Source: Alphaproteobacteria bacterium | Lineage (GTDB): Bacteria > Pseudomonadota > Alphaproteobacteria > SMXQ01 | Assembly (NCBI GenBank): GCA_033720855.1 | Contig: JAWWBR010000002.1 | Span: 972-64,971, forward strand | DNA: 64,000 nucleotides | Reading direction: 5' to 3' | Shown: one piece after another, positions 27,158 through 36,951 of the stretch | Layout of the letters: every line of letters begins with the position of its first letter | Numbering within the stretch: the stretch's first letter is position 1 | Translations under genes and position numbers: made by a program | Notes under the pieces: generated by a model | Database searches by the model: none | What the model was told of the DNA's origin: nothing | What the model saw: the letters and a program-made list of their open reading frames with translations, nothing else

Positions 27158-28209
27158 GCACCGAGCTGGAAGGGGGCGCGGCCAACTGCGTCATCGATTG
27201 CGCCGGTGTAAACAAGGATACCCGGCTGTTCGTCGTCAGCGAAACCGGCGCCGTGGACGAGGCGGTCGCCGATGCCGTGGAGCGGGCGGGCCGCGATGCA
27301 GGTGCCCGGGTCGAGACCGTCTGGGTCGACCCCATCCCCAAGGAGACGCCCGATGCCATCCCCGAGGCGGCGCTCACCGCCTATCGCGAGGGCGACATCG
27401 TCATTTCCCATTTCCCCTCGCTGACCCGGGAGGCGCTCCATCCCCATTTCCCCGGCGAGACCCGGGTGCGTGTTCCCAACCGGGCACGGACGGTAGAGCT
27501 GCTGTCATCCGAGTGGGCTCGATTTCCCTACGGGGTGCAGCTTGCCTTGGCCACAAGGCTGCAGGAAAAGATGACGCCGGGTAAATCCTGGCGAATCACC
27601 AGCCCCGCGGGGACCGACCTCAGGGGCGTCTTTGGCGGCGCCGGCGGCCTGGTGGGATCGGCGTTCTTCGTCGACGGCGGCGAGACGGGCAGGGCGCGCA
27701 AGAACTTCCCCGGCGGGGTCCACGACCCGCGCGCCTCAGCCGAGTTGGACGGCGTGCTGATCGTGGAATACATGGATCACGTCGAACAGTCCGAGGACGA
27801 CCCGCCCTTGCGGCTCGAGATCAAGGACTGCCGTATCACGGAAATCACCGGCGGCGCGGAGGATGGCCGCCTGCGCGACGCCATCGCCGCCAGCGACGGC
27901 TGGATCGATTCCTGGCATGCCGGCGACAACCCGTGCACCCTGACACCGGTGACGCGGGGGAAAAACAGCCGCTCCTGGTTTGGCTACGGCCACTGCAGTC
28001 CGGCGATCATGCACTATCACTTGGGCCGCACCCATGAGACCACGAACCTGGCGTCGTTCGACCATACCCTGGTGGTCGACGGCGAGACGCTCTACCAGGA
28101 TGGGCAGCTTGGCCCCGATTTGCTCGAGGACGCCATAGTGGCCGATGCCATCAAGGCCGCGGAAGTCAGCGACGACATGCTGGCGACCCGGCCGATGCCC
28201 ATGTGGTAG
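27154..28209 (+). CDS. AmpS/NicX (COG2309, M29-aminopeptidase-like; 2,5-dihydroxypyridine dioxygenase-like) family protein. The assignment is tentative.
   Basis: ORF 27139..28209. The ATG at 27154 overlaps the upstream stop as ATGA. The family call is from recalled similarity only. Confidence 0.45.
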   Translation: MSTELEGGAANCVIDCAGVNKDTRLFVVSETGAVDEAVADAVERAGRDAGARVETVWVDPIPKETPDAIPEAALTAYREGDIVISHFPSLTREALHPHFPGETRVRVPNRARTVELLSSEWARFPYGVQLALATRLQEKMTPGKSWRITSPAGTDLRGVFGGAGGLVGSAFFVDGGETGRARKNFPGGVHDPRASAELDGVLIVEYMDHVEQSEDDPPLRLEIKDCRITEITGGAEDGRLRDAIAASDGWIDSWHAGDNPCTLTPVTRGKNSRSWFGYGHCSPAIMHYHLGRTHETTNLASFDHTLVVDGETLYQDGQLGPDLLEDAIVADAIKAAEVSDDMLATRPMPMW

Positions 28210-28217
28210 GCGGCGGC

Positions 28218-29963
28218 CTATTCCATTCTTTCGAGATTGCCGAGACGCAGCACCGCCTCGGTGACGATCTGCACGTCGCGGAGCAGATTGCTCAGCAGCT
28301 TGAACTCGTTGGGTTTATGGGCGCGGCCCCTCTGCCCGGGCACCCCGGGCCCGAACTGCACGCCGTTGGGAAGCTGACGCGCCGAGGTATAGCCGTTGGA
28401 TGACCGCGGCTTGGCGTCGATCCCGCTCACCTCGCGGAAGGTCACAAGCAGGTGTTGGATCCACGGCCCCTTGGGATCGCGATACATGGGTCGTTTGATC
28501 TTGACGCTGATGGATACGTCGGTCCCGGTGCGCCGCTTCCAGGTATCGAGCGCGCGCCTGATCTCGTCAACCAGCTGATCTCGATCCTTGCCACGGGGTG
28601 CGCGCGGATTGACCACAAGATGTAGCGCGCCGTCTTTGACCTTCACGTAGGTGACCGGCGTCGTCAGCGCCCCCATGAAGGGATCGGAATATCCGATACC
28701 GAGCTTTCCGCCGTGATAGTTCAGGCCCCAGTTGTCCGAGACATAGGCGGCGGCATCGGTGAAATGGTTGCGTTTGAGGGGCGCCGCGCGGCGCACCTGA
28801 TGGAGGAAATCGAACAGCCTGGAAACCGGATTGACGCCGCGCGACGGGCGCGCCGAATGGGCACCCTCGCCGAAAACCGTGAGCCTGACGCGATCGCCCT
28901 CGACCCGGGTTTCGATCTTGAAGTTCGCGCCATTGGCGGCGACGTAGCGCGCCGCCAGTGGGTCGAGGGCGCGTTTCAGGGCCGGCGCGTCGGCGGCCGC
29001 GATCACGGCCAGGGCCTCGGCAGGGATCTGATTGAAAACCACGCCGCCGGTAGCGTGGAGGATCTCGCCACCGGGGCCCGATCCCTTGCGCACCGGAAAC
29101 TTCGCCATAACGATCCCGAAGCCCTTCTCCGCGACGCCCACGGGATAGCGTCCGTCCAGCACCAGGTTGTAGGGCGCCAGGGTGGTCTTGGTCTTGTAGT
29201 ACTCGGTCGCCGAACCCCCTGTTTCCTCCGTGGTCTCTATCGCCAGGCGGATGGTCTTGGAGGGGATGAAGCCTTCCCGCTTGATGGACCCGAGCACATA
29301 GAGCGCGGCGGCGATGGAACCCTTGTTATCGGAGGCCCCGCGGCCGTACATGCGATCGCCCATCACCGTCAGTTTGAACGGATCCAGCTTCTTTCCATCC
29401 CTGAGCAACCACTTGGCAGGGTTGACGGGAACCACATCGGAATGGGTGAAGATGCCGATCGAACCGGATCCTGTTCCCTTCAGGGTGACTTCGAAAATGC
29501 GGTTATCGAAGTTGCGGAAGGCGAGGCCGAACTTTCGGGCGACCGCTTCGATGGCCCTGCCCATACGGTGGATGTTGGGATTGTCGTGCTGAGCCAGGTT
29601 CTCCTTCTTGTCGGTGGGGATGGCAACGAACCGGGCGAGCGTCGCGATGAGCTCATCGCGGTATTTGATCCGGGTGTAAAGCCCAAGCAAGCGATACAGA
29701 TTGACCCGGTCGGCATCGTCGAGGGCCGCCTTCGTCTGACGCCGGTCAAGGGCCCGGGCCAGGCCGTCGTGCGCCAGTCCCGGCCGCAGGTCTTTTGCGA
29801 AGGTAGCGAAATCCCGTGGGCGCGTCGCGGAGACGCGCTGCAGCAGTTCTTCCAAGCCGGCCTTCTGGATGACCTCCTGTGCGGACGTGGAACCGGGCAG
29901 GGCGGTCAAAAGGGATGCCACCCCCAGAGAACACAGGAATAGTCGAGACAATCTCTTGCCCAT
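28218..29963 (-). CDS. Secreted M20-family metallopeptidase (Sapep/dipeptidase-like).
   Basis: ORF 28218..30038 on the - strand. The start is likely MGKRLSRLFL... (codon 29961-29963) with a GGGGGAT RBS. M20 motifs HSDVVP and GASDNKG are present. Confidence 0.8.
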   Translation of the reverse strand: MGKRLSRLFLCSLGVASLLTALPGSTSAQEVIQKAGLEELLQRVSATRPRDFATFAKDLRPGLAHDGLARALDRRQTKAALDDADRVNLYRLLGLYTRIKYRDELIATLARFVAIPTDKKENLAQHDNPNIHRMGRAIEAVARKFGLAFRNFDNRIFEVTLKGTGSGSIGIFTHSDVVPVNPAKWLLRDGKKLDPFKLTVMGDRMYGRGASDNKGSIAAALYVLGSIKREGFIPSKTIRLAIETTEETGGSATEYYKTKTTLAPYNLVLDGRYPVGVAEKGFGIVMAKFPVRKGSGPGGEILHATGGVVFNQIPAEALAVIAAADAPALKRALDPLAARYVAANGANFKIETRVEGDRVRLTVFGEGAHSARPSRGVNPVSRLFDFLHQVRRAAPLKRNHFTDAAAYVSDNWGLNYHGGKLGIGYSDPFMGALTTPVTYVKVKDGALHLVVNPRAPRGKDRDQLVDEIRRALDTWKRRTGTDVSISVKIKRPMYRDPKGPWIQHLLVTFREVSGIDAKPRSSNGYTSARQLPNGVQFGPGVPGQRGRAHKPNEFKLLSNLLRDVQIVTEAVLRLGNLERME

Positions 29964-30074
29964 CGCATCCCCCGTTATGACGCGGTTCTCCATGATCACG
30001 GCTGCGGGCCTGGGCGCCGGAAAAAAGGGCCGGGGCAAATGCCGCCGGCCCCTCTTTTCAAGGCGGCGATCGTT

Positions 30075-31304
30075 TTATGACTTGCAGTCGATTGTCTTGG
30101 CTTCGAACCGCCCGTTGCGGTCCGCCGCCGTGACCGTGCAAGCCATCCCGGCTTTCAGCGCCTTGCGCTTGCCCTTGGCGCCATTGATCATGATCTTGCT
30201 GCGGGACTTGGAGACCCGCACCTTCTTGCCGCCGATCTCGAGCACCCGGCCGCCCTTCTTGACCGAGACCAAATTTCCCTTGAGCTTATCGACGGGAACC
30301 GCCATCAGGCCCTTGAAGCGGGCGACGACGCTTTCCGGCGCATTCAGCACCTGGGCATAGATCTTGACCATGTCCTCGCCGCTGGTATAGCCGATCGAGC
30401 GGCGCGCCTTTTTGGCTTCGGCGAGCAGGTCCTTGTCCTTCAACGCGTCGCGGAAGGCCACGCGCAGCGCCTTCAAGACATCGGGCTTGAGGCCAGGCGG
30501 CCCAAAGAATGGCCGGCCGGCAATGTCTTGTCCGCCGGCAAAGGCGGCCAGCGCCGCACCGTTCTTGCTCATCACCTCGGTCGCCTGCTCGGCGCCGTCG
30601 GTTTCCGGATGGTAGCCCATGCGGCCGAGGATGGTGAGCTTCTCGTCCCTGATGAAGGTGCGCAGGCTCTCGTAGCTGCCGCTGGTGGCCTCGACGTCCC
30701 CGCGGGCGATGGCCAGAACTTTTTCCTCGCTGCCGTCGTATCCGGTTATGACGCGGACGGGATAGCCGTCCACCTCCAGCAACTTGACCCTCTGGTAGGA
30801 GGCGCTGCCGCGGCCGGTGCCCGAAAACTTGATCTCGCCTTTATAGGTCTTGAGTTGGGTCAGGGATTTCACCGGATGATCGCCCTTGATCACCCAGACC
30901 CAGGTTGACGCGGTGGTCGAGCCGATCGGGTTCAACTTGGCCACGTCATACTTGATACCGGGCTCGTTCAGTTTCTGGGCCAATGTCACGCCGCGGGTCA
31001 GGATCGCGATCACGGTGCCGTCCCGCTTGGCCCGATTCATCAGGTAATTGGCGGCAACGATACCGCCGGCGCCCGACATGTTGGTGGCAATCGATCTCGG
31101 CTTGCCCGGCAGGTACTTGGGCATGTGCCGCGCGATCAAGCGACCGTAGAAGTCATAGCCTCCGCCGGGGCTAGAGCGGATGACGACGTTGAAGGTCTTG
31201 CCTTTCCAACTGGGACCGGCGGCCGCCGCCTGGTCGACGCACAACGCGCCGAGGCCGATTACGGCTCCAAGACCGAGGCTTAAAAAGACCGATTTCCTTG
31301 ACAT
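30075..31304 (-). CDS. tctC: Tripartite tricarboxylate transporter substrate-binding protein (TctC/Bug family) with an extra C-terminal domain of about 75 aa ending ...AGMACTVTAADRNGRFEAKTIDCKS.
   Basis: ORF 30075..31304 on the - strand. A signal peptide is present. The Bug-family core motifs (IRSSPGGGYDFYGRLIARHM..., AGGIVAANY) are present. It sits immediately downstream of tctB and tctA. Confidence 0.8.
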   Translation of the reverse strand: MSRKSVFLSLGLGAVIGLGALCVDQAAAAGPSWKGKTFNVVIRSSPGGGYDFYGRLIARHMPKYLPGKPRSIATNMSGAGGIVAANYLMNRAKRDGTVIAILTRGVTLAQKLNEPGIKYDVAKLNPIGSTTASTWVWVIKGDHPVKSLTQLKTYKGEIKFSGTGRGSASYQRVKLLEVDGYPVRVITGYDGSEEKVLAIARGDVEATSGSYESLRTFIRDEKLTILGRMGYHPETDGAEQATEVMSKNGAALAAFAGGQDIAGRPFFGPPGLKPDVLKALRVAFRDALKDKDLLAEAKKARRSIGYTSGEDMVKIYAQVLNAPESVVARFKGLMAVPVDKLKGNLVSVKKGGRVLEIGGKKVRVSKSRSKIMINGAKGKRKALKAGMACTVTAADRNGRFEAKTIDCKS

Positions 31305-31389
31305 ACCGAAGTCTCCCGTCTGTCGTGAATTTCTCTTTGATTGGCGTTTCGATCCCCATTACGTGCTGCCGGTGGGGAACACTCCATCC

Positions 31390-31878
31390 CTAATCCCATC
31401 CCAACATTTCGAACACCACGCCCGGCGGGAAGGGAAGGTGCAGCAGGTTGTTGAACAGCAGCCAAGTCGCTCCTCCGGCGACCACCGGCATGGCAATGGT
31501 GACAACCCACCCCTCGCGGTGCCGCAGGAGATACAGGAATACCATCACCGGAATGGCGACGAAAAAGCCCAGAACCCAGAGGGCAAAGCCGAAGGCATAA
31601 ACCCAGACAAACAGTTCGAAGGCCCGCTTTCTGCCCTCCACGGAAGCTTCTTCCTCGGTGAAATCGACGTCGGCGCCGGTCTCACGGGATTCCGGGGTCT
31701 GTGAGAAAAACACCTCGCGCACGATCTGCCAGGTCAGTAGCGCAAGGGCGATGATGGCGATCGTATAGGGGTAGAGGCGCGCCTGCTCCGGCATGTCCTT
31801 CGACTCGTAAAGCACATAGGCGAAGACGATGATGAAGAATACGGTCAGCAGCGAGCGAATCTGGAGACGGATTCCCAT
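31390..31878 (-). CDS. tctB: Tripartite tricarboxylate transporter TctB small membrane subunit.
   Basis: ORF 31390..31878 on the - strand. The product has four TM helices and lies between tctA and tctC. Confidence 0.75.
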   Translation of the reverse strand: MGIRLQIRSLLTVFFIIVFAYVLYESKDMPEQARLYPYTIAIIALALLTWQIVREVFFSQTPESRETGADVDFTEEEASVEGRKRAFELFVWVYAFGFALWVLGFFVAIPVMVFLYLLRHREGWVVTIAMPVVAGGATWLLFNNLLHLPFPPGVVFEMLGWD

Positions 31879-31879
31879 G

Positions 31880-33376
31880 TCAGACCTCCACGTTCCGCTC
31901 GAAGCGTTTTGAGAACCTGTCCTGCCACAGCGGGTAGGCGACGCTCGCCACCAACAGGGCGAAGATCACCAGAACCCCCGGCCGGAACAGGAACCCGAAG
32001 CCATAAAGCTGGACCGAGGTCCACATATAGCGTTCAGCGATGGGGCCCAGAACCAGGCCCAAAAGCAGCGGCGGACGCGGCCAACCGGCCATCCGCATGA
32101 AATACCCCAGGGTCCCGAAGGCGATCATCACCAGGATGTCCTCGAAGCGCCCGGATGCGGCGAAGCTGCCGATGACCGCCATCGCCAGGATCATCGGAAT
32201 CATCAAGGTGGGACGCAGTTTGGTCGCCATCGCCAGCTGCCGTGTGAAGGCCAGACAGAGGATCGAGGTCAGCACGCTGCCGATCAGCAGAAGCCAGATC
32301 ATGGAGAACGTGACGTCGAGGTCCTTGGTCAGCATGTCCTTGCCCGGCGTGATGCCGACGATGATCAAACCGCCGAAGATCAGGGCCAGGGTACTGGAAC
32401 CGGGGATACCGAAGGCGAGGGTCGGGATCAACGACCCGCCCTCCTTGGCATTGGTCGCGGCGTCGACGCCGATCACGCCGCGCACGTCGCCGGTGCCGAA
32501 GGTTTCCCGCGCCCCCTTGCAGGTTTGCTTGGCGTGGCCGTAGGCGAACCAGTCCGCGACCGAAGAGCCCAGGCCGGGAATGATGCCGACCCAAACGCCG
32601 ATAAAGCTGCAGCGGAGAATCAGCCACCAGTGCTTGAAGGCATCCTTGATTCCCTGCCGCCGCCCGGTGGTGAGGTCACCCAGAGGAACGTCGGAGATTC
32701 CGGTCCCCTTGCTCGCCATGTAGAGCATTTCCGGAATGGCGAACAGGCCAATGGTCATGGGGACCAGCTTGATGCCGTCGACCAGGTAGAGCTGATCGAA
32801 GGTAAAGCGATGGATGCCGGTCAGGATATGCACCCCGATCATCGATATCGCCAGGCCGAAGGCGCCGACGATGATGCCCTTGACCGGGGCCTTTCCGGAA
32901 AGGGCGCCGACCATGGCGACGCCGATCATGACCAGCATGAAGAATTCAGGCGGGCCCAGCAGAAGCACTAGAGGCCGGAGCACGGGGATCGCAGCCAACA
33001 GCACGATGGCGCCGATGATGCCGCCGATGGCCGAGGAGGTGAAGGCCGCGGCCAGCGCCCGCGCCGCCTCGCCCTTCTTGGCCATGGGATAGCCGTCCAT
33101 GATGGTCGCCTGGGAGCCACCCCCGCCCGGCACGCTGAACAGGATGGAGGTAATCGAATTGGCGGTGTTGCTGACCGCCCAGATGCTGACGATGAGCGCC
33201 ACCGCCTCGAATTTGTTGAGAACGAAGGCAATGGGCAGAAGCAGGGCAATGGCGGTCTTCGAACCGATGCCCGGCATCGCCACCAGGGTGGAGCTGATGA
33301 CGATGCCGAACATCATCAGCAGAAATGCCTTCCAATGGAGTATGCCCAACAGGCCTTCGATGGCAGCTTCAATCAC
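31880..33376 (-). CDS. tctA: Tripartite tricarboxylate transporter TctA large permease subunit.
   Basis: ORF 31880..33376 on the - strand. The 498-aa product is a multi-TM protein with the TctA (DUF112) pattern. Confidence 0.9.
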   Translation of the reverse strand: MIEAAIEGLLGILHWKAFLLMMFGIVISSTLVAMPGIGSKTAIALLLPIAFVLNKFEAVALIVSIWAVSNTANSITSILFSVPGGGGSQATIMDGYPMAKKGEAARALAAAFTSSAIGGIIGAIVLLAAIPVLRPLVLLLGPPEFFMLVMIGVAMVGALSGKAPVKGIIVGAFGLAISMIGVHILTGIHRFTFDQLYLVDGIKLVPMTIGLFAIPEMLYMASKGTGISDVPLGDLTTGRRQGIKDAFKHWWLILRCSFIGVWVGIIPGLGSSVADWFAYGHAKQTCKGARETFGTGDVRGVIGVDAATNAKEGGSLIPTLAFGIPGSSTLALIFGGLIIVGITPGKDMLTKDLDVTFSMIWLLLIGSVLTSILCLAFTRQLAMATKLRPTLMIPMILAMAVIGSFAASGRFEDILVMIAFGTLGYFMRMAGWPRPPLLLGLVLGPIAERYMWTSVQLYGFGFLFRPGVLVIFALLVASVAYPLWQDRFSKRFERNVEV

Positions 33377-33587
33377 GGTCTTAGCCCCCCGGCGGCCGGT
33401 TCGATCGCGAATTCATTCCGCCTTTACCTACCCGTACCGCGTGTTGTGTTGAAGGACGCTAACCCAACGCCAGCCTTGTTTCAATGATCCATATTGCCGA
33501 ACGCCTCGCCCGCGGCCGCGTCCTGCGCTAGCATCAGGACACAAAGGGGCGGCGGGAGCGCCGCGGCCAAAGGACAGGGAGACGGTC

Positions 33588-34382
33588 ATGGAGCTCAACA
33601 CCGAGAAGATGCTCGCCGAAAAGGAAAACGGCATCGGTTGGATGACCTTCAATCAGCCCGAGCGGCGAAATGCCATCTCCCACGAGATGCGCGAGGCGAT
33701 CCTCACCATCCTCGACGATTTCGAGGCCGATCCCGCGGTCCGCGTGATTGTCATGACCGGCGCCGGCGACAAGGCGTTCGTCTCCGGCTCCGACATCTCC
33801 CGTGGGGAAAAGGGCGAGGCAACGCCGGAGCAGCTTGAACGGCAGGGCCAGCTCTCGAACCTGGTCCGGGACCGGTACCTCAGCCTGAACAAGCCGCTGA
33901 TCGCCATGATCCGCGGCTACTGCCTGGGCGGCGGAGTGGCGACGGCGCTCTATGCGGATCTCCGCATCGCCGCCGAAGATGCCCAGTTCGGCATCCCGGC
34001 GGCCAGGCTCGGCAATGCCTATAATTGGAGCTATACGCGCATGTTGGTGGATATCGTCGGCGCCGCGCGAGCCAAGGAGATCCTGATCACTGCGCGCCGC
34101 TACTCGGCCGCGGAATCGCTCCAGATGGGCCTGGTGCACCAGGTCGTGGCGCCTAACGCGCTTGAACAGACGGTACGGGACATCGCCGCGGCTATCGTCG
34201 ACAACGCGCCGCTCTCGGTCATCGCCGCAAAGGCGATGATCGACGAAATCGTGAAGGATCCCGATGCGCGCGACATGAATAGGGTCCGTGCCGTCCGCAA
34301 GGCCTGTATCGAAAGTGCCGACTTCGCCGAGGGCCGGCGCGCATTCAACGAAAAGCGCAAGCCGGTCTGGACCGGGACCTGA
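33588..34382 (+). CDS. Enoyl-CoA hydratase/isomerase (crotonase) family protein.
   Basis: ORF 33588..34382. The crotonase fold motifs are VIVMTGAGDKAFVSGSDI ... GYCLGGG. Confidence 0.85.
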   Translation: MELNTEKMLAEKENGIGWMTFNQPERRNAISHEMREAILTILDDFEADPAVRVIVMTGAGDKAFVSGSDISRGEKGEATPEQLERQGQLSNLVRDRYLSLNKPLIAMIRGYCLGGGVATALYADLRIAAEDAQFGIPAARLGNAYNWSYTRMLVDIVGAARAKEILITARRYSAAESLQMGLVHQVVAPNALEQTVRDIAAAIVDNAPLSVIAAKAMIDEIVKDPDARDMNRVRAVRKACIESADFAEGRRAFNEKRKPVWTGT

Positions 34383-34463
34383 GGCGGACGGCCGGGCGAC
34401 GCGCCAATCGAAAGGGGCGGCTACCTCAGAGCCGCCCCTGTACATTTTGTCTTTATTTTCAGC

Positions 34464-35486
34464 CTATTGCATCAGCTTCTTGAACTGCGCCATGACCATG
34501 TCCGATGCGCCGAGGATGTCCAGATTGGTCTTGCGCATTTGCTCCGGGTCGGTCGGCGATATGCCCTTCCGCGCCTTCTTGGCCTCGGCCAGCAGCTTCG
34601 GATCCTTGAGCGCGGCCGCGAACGCCGCCCGCAGGATCTTTACCCGGTCGGCAGGAACGTTGGGGGCCGTGTAGAAGGGGCGCCCCGCCTCCAGCGGCGC
34701 CACCAGCAGGCTGGCCAGGGAGCGCCGCTCGGCCGAGACCACGTCGCGCAGATCAACGAGATCGCGCGGCAGCTCGGGGTGATCGGCCCCGAGCTTGCCG
34801 ATGATCTTGAATTTTTCCTCTTTGATCGCCGTGCGCATGGTTTCGTAGCTGCCGGCCGTCATCTCGACCTCGCCGCGGGCCACCGAAAGCACCTTTTCGC
34901 CCGTCGAGCCGTAGCCGGTGATGATCCTCATGGGATAGCCGTCCAGTTTCATCACCATCGAGCGCTGATAGGCGCCGCCGCCGGGCCCCGTGGTGCCGAC
35001 CTTGATCTCCCTTCCGCCGCGTTTGATGTCCTTGAGAGAGTTCAACGCCGAAGTCTGCGCGACAAGGAACACCGCCGTGCTGGACGCGGTGCTGCCGAGC
35101 GGAATCAGATTGCGGACATCGTATTTGACGCCTTTGTTCTTGCTTCTCTGGACGACGGCGATGGCACGGCTCAGGATGGCGATCTCGGTGCCGTCCCGCT
35201 TGGCCCGGTTGTGCATGTAATTGGCCGCAACGATACCGCCCGCGCCCTTCATGTTGATGGGGATGGAATTGGGATTGCCGGGAATATGGCGCGGCATGTG
35301 GCGCGCCATCAGGCGGCCGTAGAAATCATTGCCGCCGCCGGGGCTCGACCGGATGATCACTTTGAGGGTTTTGTCCTTGTAGAAATCCTCCGCCGCCATC
35401 GCCGGCGCCGGGTCAGCAAGCATGGCGGTCGTCGCCAAGGCCGCACAGGTCATCGTGGTCGCAAACGATCGTTGCCAAAATCTCAT
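34464..35486 (-). CDS. TctC/Bug-family periplasmic substrate-binding protein with no C-terminal extension.
   Basis: ORF 34464..35576 on the - strand. The start is likely MRFWQRSFATT... (codon 35484-35486). The Bug core motif is IRSSPGGGNDFYGRLMARHM. Confidence 0.8.
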   Translation of the reverse strand: MRFWQRSFATTMTCAALATTAMLADPAPAMAAEDFYKDKTLKVIIRSSPGGGNDFYGRLMARHMPRHIPGNPNSIPINMKGAGGIVAANYMHNRAKRDGTEIAILSRAIAVVQRSKNKGVKYDVRNLIPLGSTASSTAVFLVAQTSALNSLKDIKRGGREIKVGTTGPGGGAYQRSMVMKLDGYPMRIITGYGSTGEKVLSVARGEVEMTAGSYETMRTAIKEEKFKIIGKLGADHPELPRDLVDLRDVVSAERRSLASLLVAPLEAGRPFYTAPNVPADRVKILRAAFAAALKDPKLLAEAKKARKGISPTDPEQMRKTNLDILGASDMVMAQFKKLMQ

Positions 35487-35694
35487 GAGTCCGCCTCTCT
35501 GCCTAGTGTGATGGGCGATACCGCCCGATAATGCTTTACGCTTGTTGTTCGTCAAAGCATGAGCGCTCGGCGCCATCCTGTCAACGACCCCAGCGCGCGT
35601 CCCTAGACAGCTCTGACCGTCGCCTGTAGCCTAACCGCCAATACCCGACCGGCCATCAAGGCCCTGAGGCAAGGGATCAACACGGAGCAACGCC

Positions 35695-36906
35695 ATGGCT
35701 ATCCCGCCGCCGTCGACCGCCCTCAACGGGCTGACCGTCCTCGACATGACCCAGGCCCGCGCCGGCCCCGTCTGCGTCCGCCAGCTTGCCGACTGGGGCG
35801 CCAACGTGATCAAGATCGAGAGGCCCGGCGACCCGCCCGATTGGGCCGGGCGTTATGAGGCGGATTTCCAGAGCAAGCATCGTAACAAGCGTTGCATGGT
35901 GCTCGACCTCAAAAGCAAGGAGGGCCGAGCGGTTCTCGATCGGATGGTGGCCAAGGCCGATGTCGTGGTCGAGAATTTCCGGCCGGCGGTAAAGGAGCGG
36001 CTGGGCTTCGATTACGATTCGCTGGCCAAGATCAATCCCCGCATCATCCTTGCCAGCATCTCCGCCTTCGGCCAGGACGGCCCGTACAAGGACCGGCCGG
36101 GCCTCGACCAGATCGTCCAGGGCATGTCCGGGTTCATGTCGGTGACCGGCGCCCCCGGCGGCGGGCCCATCCGCGCCGGCATCGCCATCGCCGACGTGGC
36201 GGCGGGCCTGTTCTGCGCCCTCGGCATCCTCACCGCGCTATACGAACGCGAGCGCTCGGGCCGCGGCCAGTGGGTGCAGACCTCGCTGATGGAGGCGCTC
36301 CTGTCGATGATGGACCTCCACGCCGCGCGGTATCTCATCAACGATATCGTGCCCGAGCAAGTCGGCAACGAGCATCCCACCGGCGTGCCCACCAACACCT
36401 ACAAGACCTCGGACGGGTATGTCAGCATTTCGATCATGCCGCGCATGTGGCCCGACCTTTGCCGCGCCATCGAGCGCGAGGATGCCGCCGAAGACCCCAG
36501 GTTTGACACCCGCGAGGCGCGCCGCGCCCATCGCGAGGAGTGCAACGGCATGATCGCCGAAGCCATGGCAAAATTCACCACCGAGGAAATGCTCGAACGG
36601 CTCGCCGCCAGCGATATTCCGTCCGGGCCGGTCTATACCATCGACCAGACTTTCGCCGATCCGCAGGTCCAGCACCTCAACCTGGCCCAGGAGCTCAACT
36701 CTCCCTCCATGGGCGATTTCCAATTGCTCTCACAGGCGTTCCGGCTCAGCCGCACGCCCACCGGCAACTGGTCGGGAATCCCCGAATATGGCGAGAACAC
36801 CGAAGAGGTGCTGGCCGAGTTCGGCTTCTCCGAGGAGGAGATCGTCGAGCTGGAACGCAACGGGACCGTGACCTCTCAGGGAACGGCGACGGCCGAGGCG
36901 GGATGA
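35695..36906 (+). CDS. Family III CoA-transferase (CaiB/BaiF/Frc-like).
   Basis: ORF 35695..36906. The N-terminal LNGLTVLDMTQARAGP and VENFRP motifs are typical. Confidence 0.85.
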   Translation: MAIPPPSTALNGLTVLDMTQARAGPVCVRQLADWGANVIKIERPGDPPDWAGRYEADFQSKHRNKRCMVLDLKSKEGRAVLDRMVAKADVVVENFRPAVKERLGFDYDSLAKINPRIILASISAFGQDGPYKDRPGLDQIVQGMSGFMSVTGAPGGGPIRAGIAIADVAAGLFCALGILTALYERERSGRGQWVQTSLMEALLSMMDLHAARYLINDIVPEQVGNEHPTGVPTNTYKTSDGYVSISIMPRMWPDLCRAIEREDAAEDPRFDTREARRAHREECNGMIAEAMAKFTTEEMLERLAASDIPSGPVYTIDQTFADPQVQHLNLAQELNSPSMGDFQLLSQAFRLSRTPTGNWSGIPEYGENTEEVLAEFGFSEEEIVELERNGTVTSQGTATAEAG

Positions 36907-36951
36907 AACCACACCGCTTTACAGGCTGACGGGTTTCAGCCGGCCTTTTCC

